A stretch of DNA of 57,971 nucleotides from NCBI GenBank assembly GCA_051007495.1, contig JBPCSC010000216.1, positions 1 to 57,971 on the forward strand, read 5' to 3'. Origin of the DNA: Methylococcaceae bacterium. GTDB taxonomy: Bacteria; Pseudomonadota; Gammaproteobacteria; Methylococcales; Methylococcaceae. A program made the position numbers and the translations under genes. Shown here piece by piece: positions 43,407 to 51,688 of the stretch (its first letter is position 1; every line of letters starts with the position of its first letter). The notes below the pieces were generated by a model, which made no database searches, was not told the DNA's origin, and saw only the letters and a program-made list of their open reading frames with translations.

Positions 43407-45365
43407 TTATTTGAATTCCAGCATCACGCCACCGTACACCGCCGCTCCAGTCTGATTCAGGCTAATCACATAAGGACTGTGGTTGTCGGTCAGATTTTCT
43501 CCACGCACATACAATTTAAGGCGATCTGAATAGTGGTATTCCAGGCGGGCATTCAAACGCAGATTATCGTTGATGGCCAAAAGGTTGCCGATGTCGTTGT
43601 AAAACCGATCCCGGTAAACGACTTCCATCCACAAGTGCATGGGTTGCCAGAACTGCCATTCCGCGAAGGTTCTGATGGTGTTCACCGACTCAAATGGCGT
43701 ACGCCCGTGGGTATCCAGATTAGTCGCGTCGTTATAGGTATACGCCATACCCGCCAGCCACTGCTCATTGAACCGATATTGGCCCATGGTTTCCATGCCG
43801 GCACTGGTGGCACTGGCGATGTTGAACAGGCACTCACTCGCGCAAGGCCGTTCAAGGGTGGGTGCAGGGCTCCACGTCAACATGATGAGGTTGTCATAGC
43901 GGTGATAAAAGCCGGTCAGATTCAGCGTGAGGTTTTGGGTAGGTGCCCACTCAAATCCCAAATCGCCTCCTGCGCCACGCTCGGGTTTAAGGTTAATCTG
44001 GCCCACCAACGGGAATAATCGCTCTGAATAGCCAGGGATACGATAACCGGTTCCCCCATTGGCTTTGAGTTTAAGTGAAGGCCGCCACTGCCAGGCTAAA
44101 CCCGCATGAACCAGGTTTTGGTCGGCGTATTGGCTGTAGGCTTCATGTCGAATACCCACATCACCGCTCAGACGATTGAACGTGTAGCGGGCATCCAGAA
44201 ACCCCGCTTGTTGCGAGCGTTCATCGTGAATGCCTGGCCCTTCCATAAAACTGGCAGGCCCGGTTCGGGTGTAGGTAGGGCCGTTGGCGCGCTCATGGCG
44301 GCCTTCACTTCCCCACACCAGATGCAGCGTGTGCTGGTCGTTCCCCTGCCAAAGTAACTGGTCATTTTCAAAGCGAGCCAAATACAAATCGGTTGCATAA
44401 CCCAGTTGCAAACCGGAAACCTGAAGTAGATTGTGCGTTTGGGTGTAACCCAATTGCAGCCGACTGATCCAGCGGTCACTCAGTTGAGCGGTCAGCGTAT
44501 TTTGAGCCAGCCAGGCCTCTTCATTCAAAAAAGCATTGAGGCTATCCACTTTGGTGACCCGGCCACGATTGATACCCACCCCGTCCCAGGCATTCCAGTT
44601 TTTGCGGTACAGAAACGAGCCATCCCAGTGCAAACCTTCGGTGATGCTCCAGTCGGAGCGAGTCAATACCTGAGTACCTCGAGACGGATCCCGTTCCGGA
44701 TTGCCCTCGTGTCGGGGGGCCACCCAAGTACCTTCAAAAACATCCGTCCGATTGGCCATGACCGCAATCCCGGCGGTTGGGCCTGCCAGCGTACCGCGCA
44801 GCGTTTCCCTGAGGAAACCAAAGCGGCCCCCTTCAACCCGAAAATCACCGCCGTCTTTGATTGCGTTACGGGAGGTCATGCGAATACTGCCGCTCAGGGC
44901 AGAAAAGGCCTGCGAGGCCGGAGCAAAACCCCGATCCACCTCAACAGACTGCAAACCATCAGGCAGCACGGCATTTAGATTGGTGAGACCGGGCAAGGAA
45001 TACAAAATGGGTATTCCGTCCAAAGACATCAGCCCCTGCCCACTAGCCCCGCGCACACTTAAGCTGCTCATACCCTCGCCGTCGGTTTTGGTGACCGCCA
45101 ACCCCGGTTCACCTTGCAGTACTTCTTCAACACTACGTTCGTGGGCGACGGTCAGGTCAGTTTCGGTATATCGGTGAGAAGGTCGCTCGGCGCGAGGGTT
45201 CATGCCGTCCATAGCGGTGATGGGGGCAGTAATGGTGACTTCAGGCAGGGTATTGATGAGCGGGGGTTGTTCGTCGGCCCGTATCGAAGGGGTGATTGTT
45301 ACGAACAGGGAAACAAAGGCAGAAAGACGGAGATCAGCAAAAACACAGTAAGTTTTGGTTTTCAT
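43407..45365 (-). CDS. TonB-dependent outer-membrane receptor
   Basis: I prefer the ATG at 45365 (MKTKTYCVF...SIRADEQ signal peptide) over the track start at 45539. It has a TonB-box-like LPEVTITAP, a plug domain (SLSVRGASGQGLMSLDGIPI) and a long beta-barrel ending ...AAVYGGVMLEFK. Substrate unknown. Confidence 0.87.
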   Translation of the reverse strand: MKTKTYCVFADLRLSAFVSLFVTITPSIRADEQPPLINTLPEVTITAPITAMDGMNPRAERPSHRYTETDLTVAHERSVEEVLQGEPGLAVTKTDGEGMSSLSVRGASGQGLMSLDGIPILYSLPGLTNLNAVLPDGLQSVEVDRGFAPASQAFSALSGSIRMTSRNAIKDGGDFRVEGGRFGFLRETLRGTLAGPTAGIAVMANRTDVFEGTWVAPRHEGNPERDPSRGTQVLTRSDWSITEGLHWDGSFLYRKNWNAWDGVGINRGRVTKVDSLNAFLNEEAWLAQNTLTAQLSDRWISRLQLGYTQTHNLLQVSGLQLGYATDLYLARFENDQLLWQGNDQHTLHLVWGSEGRHERANGPTYTRTGPASFMEGPGIHDERSQQAGFLDARYTFNRLSGDVGIRHEAYSQYADQNLVHAGLAWQWRPSLKLKANGGTGYRIPGYSERLFPLVGQINLKPERGAGGDLGFEWAPTQNLTLNLTGFYHRYDNLIMLTWSPAPTLERPCASECLFNIASATSAGMETMGQYRFNEQWLAGMAYTYNDATNLDTHGRTPFESVNTIRTFAEWQFWQPMHLWMEVVYRDRFYNDIGNLLAINDNLRLNARLEYHYSDRLKLYVRGENLTDNHSPYVISLNQTGAAVYGGVMLEFK

Positions 45366-45554
45366 GTGTATACGGAGTGAGTCATTAGTGTTGACTATGG
45401 CCTGATGACCGTTCCCGTATGCCTTAGACCTTAATTTTATTGTATGGATGAACACAACCGATAACGCTCGGTGTAGCGTCAGTTTAGCCCTTTTGAGCGT
45501 CCCTGCCGGACGGTAAAACCGCCACAAGCAGGAACACAAAAGGAATCAAACGAT

Positions 45555-45773
45555 TCAGATTTCCTCGTCGTCATCCAGGTCTTGCAGTTCTCCGAATTCA
45601 AACGGAGTATCGAACAGGCAACGGGCAAAATAACGTAAGGTTTTGCCGGCTTCACGGGATTGATCAATCTGTTCTGGATCCTTGAGCAATTCCATGTAGC
45701 AAGTAACCAGAGAGGCAAAGCTGAGCATCAGGGTGTCGTGTGGATCGGCTTCTGGATTGAAAAGATTCGTCAT
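45555..45773 (-). CDS. Hypothetical small acidic protein (72 aa)
   Basis: Non-overlapping ORF 77 nt downstream of ssb on the same strand, with codon composition like its neighbours. It ends in the acidic tail FEFGELQDLDDDEEI. The SD is weak (AGGT). No family recognised. Confidence 0.4.
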   Translation of the reverse strand: MTNLFNPEADPHDTLMLSFASLVTCYMELLKDPEQIDQSREAGKTLRYFARCLFDTPFEFGELQDLDDDEEI

Positions 45774-45850
45774 GGTTTAAGTACCTAGTGTGAGTGAATG
45801 ATTGGAACTGGCTTAGTTTACAAGGAAAAGGTGACGAATAGGTTCATTCA

Positions 45851-46342
45851 TCAAAAAGGCACGTCGTCGTCGAAGTCATCTCCACCGTAAGCCGGAGGAA
45901 TGGCCGGTGCGGCAGCAGGCGGGGTGTTTTGCCTGCCGGTCTCGGTGCGGGCCATAGGCGGTGAACCCAGCGGAGGCGCCATGTTATCCCCTGCGCCATT
46001 GCTGCGGGTGTCCAGCATCTGCATATCACTGGCTACAATTTCAGTCGTGTAGCGTTCAACGCCGTTCTTGTCTTGCCACTTGCGGGTTCTCAGGCTGCCT
46101 TCAACATACACCTTACCGCCCTTACGCAGATACTGTCCGGCGATCTCGGCCAGTTTGCGGAAGAACACCACCGCGTGCCACTCGGTGCGCTCCTGTTGCT
46201 GGCCGGTTTGTTGATCCTTCCAGGTTTCGCTGGTTGCGATACGGATATTGGTGACGGCTTCACCGCTGGGCATATAGCGAACTTCAGGGTCGGCACCCAG
46301 ATTGCCGACCAGAATAACTTTATTAATACCTCGTGAGGCCAT
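45851..46342 (-). CDS. ssb: Single-stranded DNA-binding protein
   Basis: 163-aa [42 protein letters not shown]... (OB fold), a Gly/Pro-rich linker and the canonical acidic tip DDFDDDVPF. Confidence 0.97.
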   Translation of the reverse strand: MASRGINKVILVGNLGADPEVRYMPSGEAVTNIRIATSETWKDQQTGQQQERTEWHAVVFFRKLAEIAGQYLRKGGKVYVEGSLRTRKWQDKNGVERYTTEIVASDMQMLDTRSNGAGDNMAPPLGSPPMARTETGRQNTPPAAAPAIPPAYGGDDFDDDVPF

Positions 46343-46359
46343 TGGTTTCTCCTATAGAG

Positions 46360-47766
46360 TCAGGGTTGAATAGACGTTGTAGCGGGGCGCGTCAGAGCGT
46401 ACTCCAGCGCGGTTCGATCGAGTTGATGTTTGTCGACCTTAATATAGGCGACTCCCTCATCACCTTGCACCACGGCCTCGGCCACGCCAGGGACGGCACG
46501 CAGTGCGGTGGTGATGTCTTCCGCCTCAGCGGAATTGAGCGGGCCGATATTCAGCAGCAGGCTGGACAGATAACGAGGAGGTTTCATGCCGGTAGCCACA
46601 ATCAGCCAGAGCACGGCGGCGACTGCACAGTACAGAAAAACCCCCGCAGGCCCGAACTGGCCGTGTATCCAGCCACCTCCGGCACCACCGGCAAAGGCAC
46701 CGAGAAACTGGGAGGTCGAATAAATGCCCATTGCGGTTCCTTTGAGATCCGGTGGCGCGATTTTGGAGATCATGGAAGGCAGGGTAGCTTCCAGCAGATT
46801 GAATGCCGTAAAGAAAAGATACAGCAGACCAAACACCCCCCAGAAGGTATCACCCAACCAGACAAATCCGGCATCGGCTACTGCCACCAAACCGATGAAC
46901 GACAGAAAAACCGATTTCATCTTGCGTTTTTTCTCGGCCAGAATCACAAACGGAACCATGCTTCCCATGGCCAGCACAAACACGGGGAGATAAATATGCC
47001 AGTGCGTCGGGGTTTCCATTTGCAAACCATCCCGCATCATGACCGGCAACACCACAAAACTGGCAGTCAAAATCAGATGCAGACAAAAAATGCCGAAATC
47101 AAGCCGCAACAGTTCAGGGTTGGCCAATACCTCACCGAACGCGGCCGGACGGGCCTGGGCATCACGGTGAAAGCGGCTGATGGCCGGATCAGGCACCACC
47201 GTAAACAGCACGACGATAGCCAGCACAGCCAGAATGGCGATGATCCAGAACAAACCGGACAACCCCAGCCAGTGCGTCAGTATGGGTCCGGTGACCATGG
47301 AAATAGCGAAGGAAACCCCTATGCTGATGCCAATCATGGCCATGGCTTTGGTGCGGTGTTCCTCGCGGGTCAAATCAGCCGCCAATGCCATGACCACGGC
47401 GGCCACGGCCCCGGCACCCTGCAAAGCCCGGCCAGCGATAATGCCGTAAATCGAATCCGAAAGGGCTGCCACCACGCTGCCCCCAGCGAAGATCAGCAAA
47501 CCCAGGGCGATCAATTTTTTGCGTCCGTACCGATCAGACCAAAGCCCGAAGGGAATCTGAAACACCGCCTGTGTCAGGCCGTAAGCACTAATGGCCAGTC
47601 CGACCAGGACTGGAGTGGCGTCGGTCAAATCGCGAGACATAACCGCAAAAACAGGCAGAATCAAAAACATCCCGATCATGCGCAGCATATAAATAGCCGC
47701 CAGCGAAGCACTGGCCTGCATTTCATCGGGTGTCATGGGGGTATCGATTTCGGAAAGCTGGCTCAA
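46360..47766 (-). CDS. MFS transporter
   Basis: 468-aa protein with about 12 predicted TM helices and an MFS loop motif (LWSDRYGRKKLI). It lies 17 nt upstream of ssb and is probably co-transcribed with it. Confidence 0.87.
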   Translation of the reverse strand: MSQLSEIDTPMTPDEMQASASLAAIYMLRMIGMFLILPVFAVMSRDLTDATPVLVGLAISAYGLTQAVFQIPFGLWSDRYGRKKLIALGLLIFAGGSVVAALSDSIYGIIAGRALQGAGAVAAVVMALAADLTREEHRTKAMAMIGISIGVSFAISMVTGPILTHWLGLSGLFWIIAILAVLAIVVLFTVVPDPAISRFHRDAQARPAAFGEVLANPELLRLDFGIFCLHLILTASFVVLPVMMRDGLQMETPTHWHIYLPVFVLAMGSMVPFVILAEKKRKMKSVFLSFIGLVAVADAGFVWLGDTFWGVFGLLYLFFTAFNLLEATLPSMISKIAPPDLKGTAMGIYSTSQFLGAFAGGAGGGWIHGQFGPAGVFLYCAVAAVLWLIVATGMKPPRYLSSLLLNIGPLNSAEAEDITTALRAVPGVAEAVVQGDEGVAYIKVDKHQLDRTALEYALTRPATTSIQP

Positions 47767-47976
47767 ACCGGACTCCTGAATAACGAAAAAAAAGAGGGGC
47801 TATGGTAGCAGTTCGCACCGTGTTAGGCATGACCGAATAAGTGGAATGCGGCAGGACTCAGCGCAAGGATTCTTACGCCAACCAGAGGGTGATAATCAGG
47901 GCGGCATTATCCCCACGAACTGGGTTATGTCAATATGTGTGGCAAAGATGAAGGCAAACCGGCCCAAGATTCATGC

Positions 47977-50900
47977 TCATCGTCGGTAATTCAGTTGAAC
48001 CCCATCCGCACCAAACTGCTTATACAGTTGAAGAATCAGGCTGTCATCCGGCCTGACTTTCCAGTCGCCGCCCAATTCTAGCTGTGCTTTGGCGTGGTCG
48101 GTTTGGTATTCGATCAACACCGCACACGTACCGCCACGGTAGGGACGCAAAAGCTCGCTGAACGCCTCTGGAGACAGACCAGCGGCCCGCTCTGCTACCG
48201 TAACAGGCCACCGCACGCCAATCGTTTTGAGATGTTGGGCGCGTGCTTGCTCTATGGTGTAGAGGCGATCAGCGGTGAGACGGGGTTGCCCGGCAAATTC
48301 ATCAAACCCCAAATTGCCTTCCACCACCAATAAGGCATCCTTTACCAGCAAACCGCCGTACTGATCCAAAACCTCAGAATACACCGCCACTTCCAGCTTG
48401 CCGCTGGCATCATCCAAAGCGGCGAACGACATACGCTTGCCGGTTTTACTGGTACGGGTGCGTACGTCTGCCACCAGTCCGGCGGCAATGGTGCGGTTCT
48501 CTTGTCGCCGATAACTGCCCTTCTCCGCCACGGTGGATTCCAGCAAACGTCCCAGCCTATCGGTCACGATGTGGCGCAATTCAGATTCATAAGGGCCTAA
48601 CGGATGCCCGCTGAGATAAAACCCCAAAACCAGGCGTTCCTGATTAAGTTGCTCAGTCACCGACCACGGTTCGATGTCCTCCTGTGAGGCGGGCCTGCCT
48701 GGCGATGGCGTTGCCGGTTCCTGTGCCAATCCAAACAAATCATCCTGACCGGCGGCCACCATGCTGCCATGCTGCTCGGCCCGTTTAATGGCATCATCAA
48801 GTTGCCCCAAAAGCTGAGCGCGGTGTCCTCCAAACCCATCAAAAGCCCCGGCGCGTACCAGAGCCTCCAACACCCGCCGATTCATCTTCCGCAGATCATT
48901 ACGCGTACAAAAATCGTACAAGTCAGCGTAATCGCCATTGCGATCACGCTCGGCCAGCATATCCAGAATGGCTGCTCCGCCTACACCCTTGATCGCCCCC
49001 AGCCCAAACCGCAGGGTAGACGCTTTCGGCACGGTAAACACATCCCTGGAATGATTCACATCCGGCAGCAAAATGGTGAGCTTCATCTGCCGACATTCCT
49101 CAATCAGCACCATCATCTTGTCGGAGTTATCCCGATCAGCCGATAGCACGGCCGCCATAAAATCAGCAGGATAGTGGGCTTTAAGCCATGCAGTCTGGTA
49201 CGACACCAGCGCGTAAGCGGCCGAGTGAGACTTGTTGAATCCGTAACCGGCAAACTTTTCCATCAAATCAAAGATATACCCGGCCGTATCCCCCGGTATC
49301 CCCAAACCTACTGATCCGCTGACGAAAATCTCCCGCTGTTTGGCCATTTCCTCCGCTTTTTTCTTGCCCATGGCCCGGCGTAACAAATCGGCTCCGCCCA
49401 AGGTATAGCCTGCCATATCCCGGGCAATCTGCATGACCTGTTCCTGATAAACGATTACCCCATTGGTAGGCCGGAGTATGGGTTCGAGTACGGGGTGTGG
49501 GTATTCCGCCTTGGCCCTGCCGTGTTTGACGTTGATGTAATCGTCCACCATGCCCGATTGCAAAGGGCCCGGACGAAACAAGGCCACCAAGGCAATAATG
49601 TCCTCAAAACAATCCGGCTGTAATCGCCGGATCAAATCCTTCATACCCCGAGACTCAAGCTGGAACACCGCAGTAGTCTGACACCGCTTGAGCAGTTCAT
49701 AGGTTTTGGGATCGTCATAAGGAATTCGATTGATGTCGATGGGGTCCTCGCCCTGAGCCACTCGCCGCTGGTTGATGGGCCGCAAAGCCCAGTCGATGAT
49801 GGTGAGCGTACGCAGACCCAGAAAATCGAATTTCACCAACCCCACCGCCTCAACATCGTCCTTGTCGAATTGAGTCATCAGATTTTTGCCGTCCTCTTCA
49901 CAATAAAGTGGAGCAAAATCAATCAGTTGCGAAGGAGCGATCACCACCCCGCCGGCGTGTTTACCCGGGTTACGCGTCACGCCTTCCAGCGATTTAGCCA
50001 GTTCGATCAGCGTTTTGACATCCTCGTCGGTGTCGTACAAACGTTTCAGATCCTCGCTGTCGGTCAGGGCTTTTTCCAGGGTAATGCCCAGTTCAAACGG
50101 AATCAGCTTGGCGATGCGGTCAACGAAGGGGTAAGGGTGTCCCAGCACCCGGCCCACATCCCGCACCACGGCTTTGGCCGCCATACTGCCGTAGGTGATG
50201 ATCTGGGAAACCTTGTCCCTGCCGTAGGTTTCTGCCACGTAGTCAATCACCTCATCCCGACGCTCCATGCAGAAATCCACGTCAAAATCGGGCATGGATA
50301 CCCGTTCGGGATTCAAAAACCGCTCAAACAGCAACTCAAAAGCGATGGGATCCAGATCGGTGATGTTCAGGGCATAAGCCACCAGAGACCCGGCACCAGA
50401 ACCGCGCCCCGGGCCCACCGGTATGCCCTTGTTCTTGGCCCACTGTATGAAATCCGCCACGATCAAAAAATAACCGGGAAACTTCATCTGGTTGATAACG
50501 CCGATTTCAAGATCCAGACGCTCACCATAAAGCCGGCGTGATTTAAGGTTGCGCTCCGTATCTTCCGGGAACAGAATACTCAAGCGATCGGCCAGGCCGC
50601 GACGCGACTCCTCGGCGAAATAATCCTCGGTACTTATGCCGGATGGAACCGGAAAATTGGGCAGAAAATTCTGGCCCAGCGTCAAATCAAGAGTACAGCG
50701 GCGAGCAATTTCAACCGTGTTTTCCAGTGCCTCCGGCAGGTCGGCAAACAACTCGATCATATCCTCGACACTGCGAAAAAACTGCTGATCGGTATACGCC
50801 TTAGGCCGTTCCGGGTCACTCAGCACCCGTCCCTGGTTGATACAAACCCGTGCTTCATGGGCATCAAAATCCTCGCTGTCGAGAAAACGCACATCATTGG

Positions 50901-51498
50901 TAGCCACCACCGCCACCTGATGTTCAATGGCCAGAGCCACGGCCCGTTCAATATGACCTTCCTCTCCCACCCGACCGGTACGCTGCAACTCCAGATAGTA
51001 ACGATCCCCAAACACCGTCACCCAACGACTTAACAGGCGAGCGGCTTCGCTCAAATGACCGGCCAGCAAAGCCTTGCCCACATCCCCGCGCCCGGCCCCT
51101 GACAAAGCGATCAAGCCCTCATTTAAATCCTGTATCCACTCAACCTTGACCAGAGGAACCCCCTGATGCTGATTTTCCTGATACGCTCGCGAAATCAACG
51201 CGGTCAGATGTCTGTAACCGGTTTCATTCAAAACCAACAGCGTCATCGCGTACGGTTCCGCCGGATCCAAAGGGTTTTGCACATACACATCCGCCCCGGC
51301 CAAAGGCTTGATTCCGGCATCCTCAGCGGCCTTATAAAACTTAACCAGCGCGAACAGATTGGACTGATCCGTCACCGCCACGGCCGGCATCCCCTCAGCG
51401 ACACAGCGTTTAACCAACGGCTTAATATCAACCAAACCGTCGATCAGAGAATACTCAGTATGCAAATGAAGATGAACGAAACGTACAGAAATAGACAT
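47977..51498 (-). CDS. dnaE: DNA polymerase III subunit alpha
   Basis: The ATG at 51498 gives MSISVRFVHLHLHTEYSLIDG (PHP domain start); the track start at 51543 is an upstream extension. About 1,173 aa with the conserved palm motif (FDVDFCMERRDEVI), fingers and OB regions. Confidence 0.97.
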   Translation of the reverse strand: MSISVRFVHLHLHTEYSLIDGLVDIKPLVKRCVAEGMPAVAVTDQSNLFALVKFYKAAEDAGIKPLAGADVYVQNPLDPAEPYAMTLLVLNETGYRHLTALISRAYQENQHQGVPLVKVEWIQDLNEGLIALSGAGRGDVGKALLAGHLSEAARLLSRWVTVFGDRYYLELQRTGRVGEEGHIERAVALAIEHQVAVVATNDVRFLDSEDFDAHEARVCINQGRVLSDPERPKAYTDQQFFRSVEDMIELFADLPEALENTVEIARRCTLDLTLGQNFLPNFPVPSGISTEDYFAEESRRGLADRLSILFPEDTERNLKSRRLYGERLDLEIGVINQMKFPGYFLIVADFIQWAKNKGIPVGPGRGSGAGSLVAYALNITDLDPIAFELLFERFLNPERVSMPDFDVDFCMERRDEVIDYVAETYGRDKVSQIITYGSMAAKAVVRDVGRVLGHPYPFVDRIAKLIPFELGITLEKALTDSEDLKRLYDTDEDVKTLIELAKSLEGVTRNPGKHAGGVVIAPSQLIDFAPLYCEEDGKNLMTQFDKDDVEAVGLVKFDFLGLRTLTIIDWALRPINQRRVAQGEDPIDINRIPYDDPKTYELLKRCQTTAVFQLESRGMKDLIRRLQPDCFEDIIALVALFRPGPLQSGMVDDYINVKHGRAKAEYPHPVLEPILRPTNGVIVYQEQVMQIARDMAGYTLGGADLLRRAMGKKKAEEMAKQREIFVSGSVGLGIPGDTAGYIFDLMEKFAGYGFNKSHSAAYALVSYQTAWLKAHYPADFMAAVLSADRDNSDKMMVLIEECRQMKLTILLPDVNHSRDVFTVPKASTLRFGLGAIKGVGGAAILDMLAERDRNGDYADLYDFCTRNDLRKMNRRVLEALVRAGAFDGFGGHRAQLLGQLDDAIKRAEQHGSMVAAGQDDLFGLAQEPATPSPGRPASQEDIEPWSVTEQLNQERLVLGFYLSGHPLGPYESELRHIVTDRLGRLLESTVAEKGSYRRQENRTIAAGLVADVRTRTSKTGKRMSFAALDDASGKLEVAVYSEVLDQYGGLLVKDALLVVEGNLGFDEFAGQPRLTADRLYTIEQARAQHLKTIGVRWPVTVAERAAGLSPEAFSELLRPYRGGTCAVLIEYQTDHAKAQLELGGDWKVRPDDSLILQLYKQFGADGVQLNYRR

Positions 51499-51560
51499 GC
51501 GAGTAAATTGACCCATAGTGCGTGTAAGACCCAGAAAACCCACCGATTATACAGACACCC

Positions 51561-51594
51561 AGTCCCAGGTTCGTAGTACCGCCTTTAGGCGGAA
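51561..51594 (+). repeat. REP-like palindromic element, copy 1
   Basis: AGTCCCAGGTTCGTAGTACCGCCTTTAGGCGGAA: a GTAG head followed by hairpin CCGCC-TTTA-GGCGG. Confidence 0.6.
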
Positions 51595-51619
51595 GCCCCA
51601 GGCACATAGTCAGGTTCGT

Positions 51620-51653
51620 AGTCCCAGGCTCGTAGTACCGCCTTTAGGCGGAA
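51620..51653 (+). repeat. REP-like palindromic element, copy 2 (33/34 identical to copy 1, same orientation)
   Basis: AGTCCCAGGCTCGTAGTACCGCCTTTAGGCGGAA. A third partial head AGTCAGGTTCGTAGT lies at 51608-51622. Confidence 0.6.
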
Positions 51654-51688
51654 TACCCAGCCGGTATCGCCAACCAACCGCAACCTCG

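Noticed and set aside
45366-45554. Possible cobalamin riboswitch in the TonB-receptor leader (GGGAACGGTCATCAGGCC resembles the GGGAA...GGTG...CC core)
   Set aside because: I could not find the B12 box or the conserved GCCACTG / CCCGCAACTGTAA-type segments. Too little sequence remains downstream of the putative core before the ATG. Only an Infernal/Rfam scan could revive this call.
46333-47808. 491-aa plus-strand ORF that spans the whole MFS transporter gene in antisense
   Set aside because: The product is low-complexity and rich in Gly, His, Gln and Arg, with no recognisable motifs and no SD. The minus-strand frame encodes a convincing 12-TM MFS protein. Long stop-free antisense frames are an expected by-product of GC-biased codon usage.
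47891-47918. GGGTGATAAT-N9-ATTATCCCC inverted repeat upstream of the MFS-ssb operon, considered as a Fur box or LexA box
   Set aside because: The spacing (6-9-6) and sequence fit neither the 19-bp Fur consensus nor CTGT-N8-ACAG. It may be the dnaE terminator region or a plain hairpin.
51518-51688. N-terminal extension of the giant RTX ORF back to 51518
   Set aside because: The extension translates the REP-like hairpins (…VRSTAFRRKPQAHSQVRSPRLVVPPLGG…) and overlaps the region immediately upstream of dnaE. The first ATG after the repeats (51689) is the sensible start.
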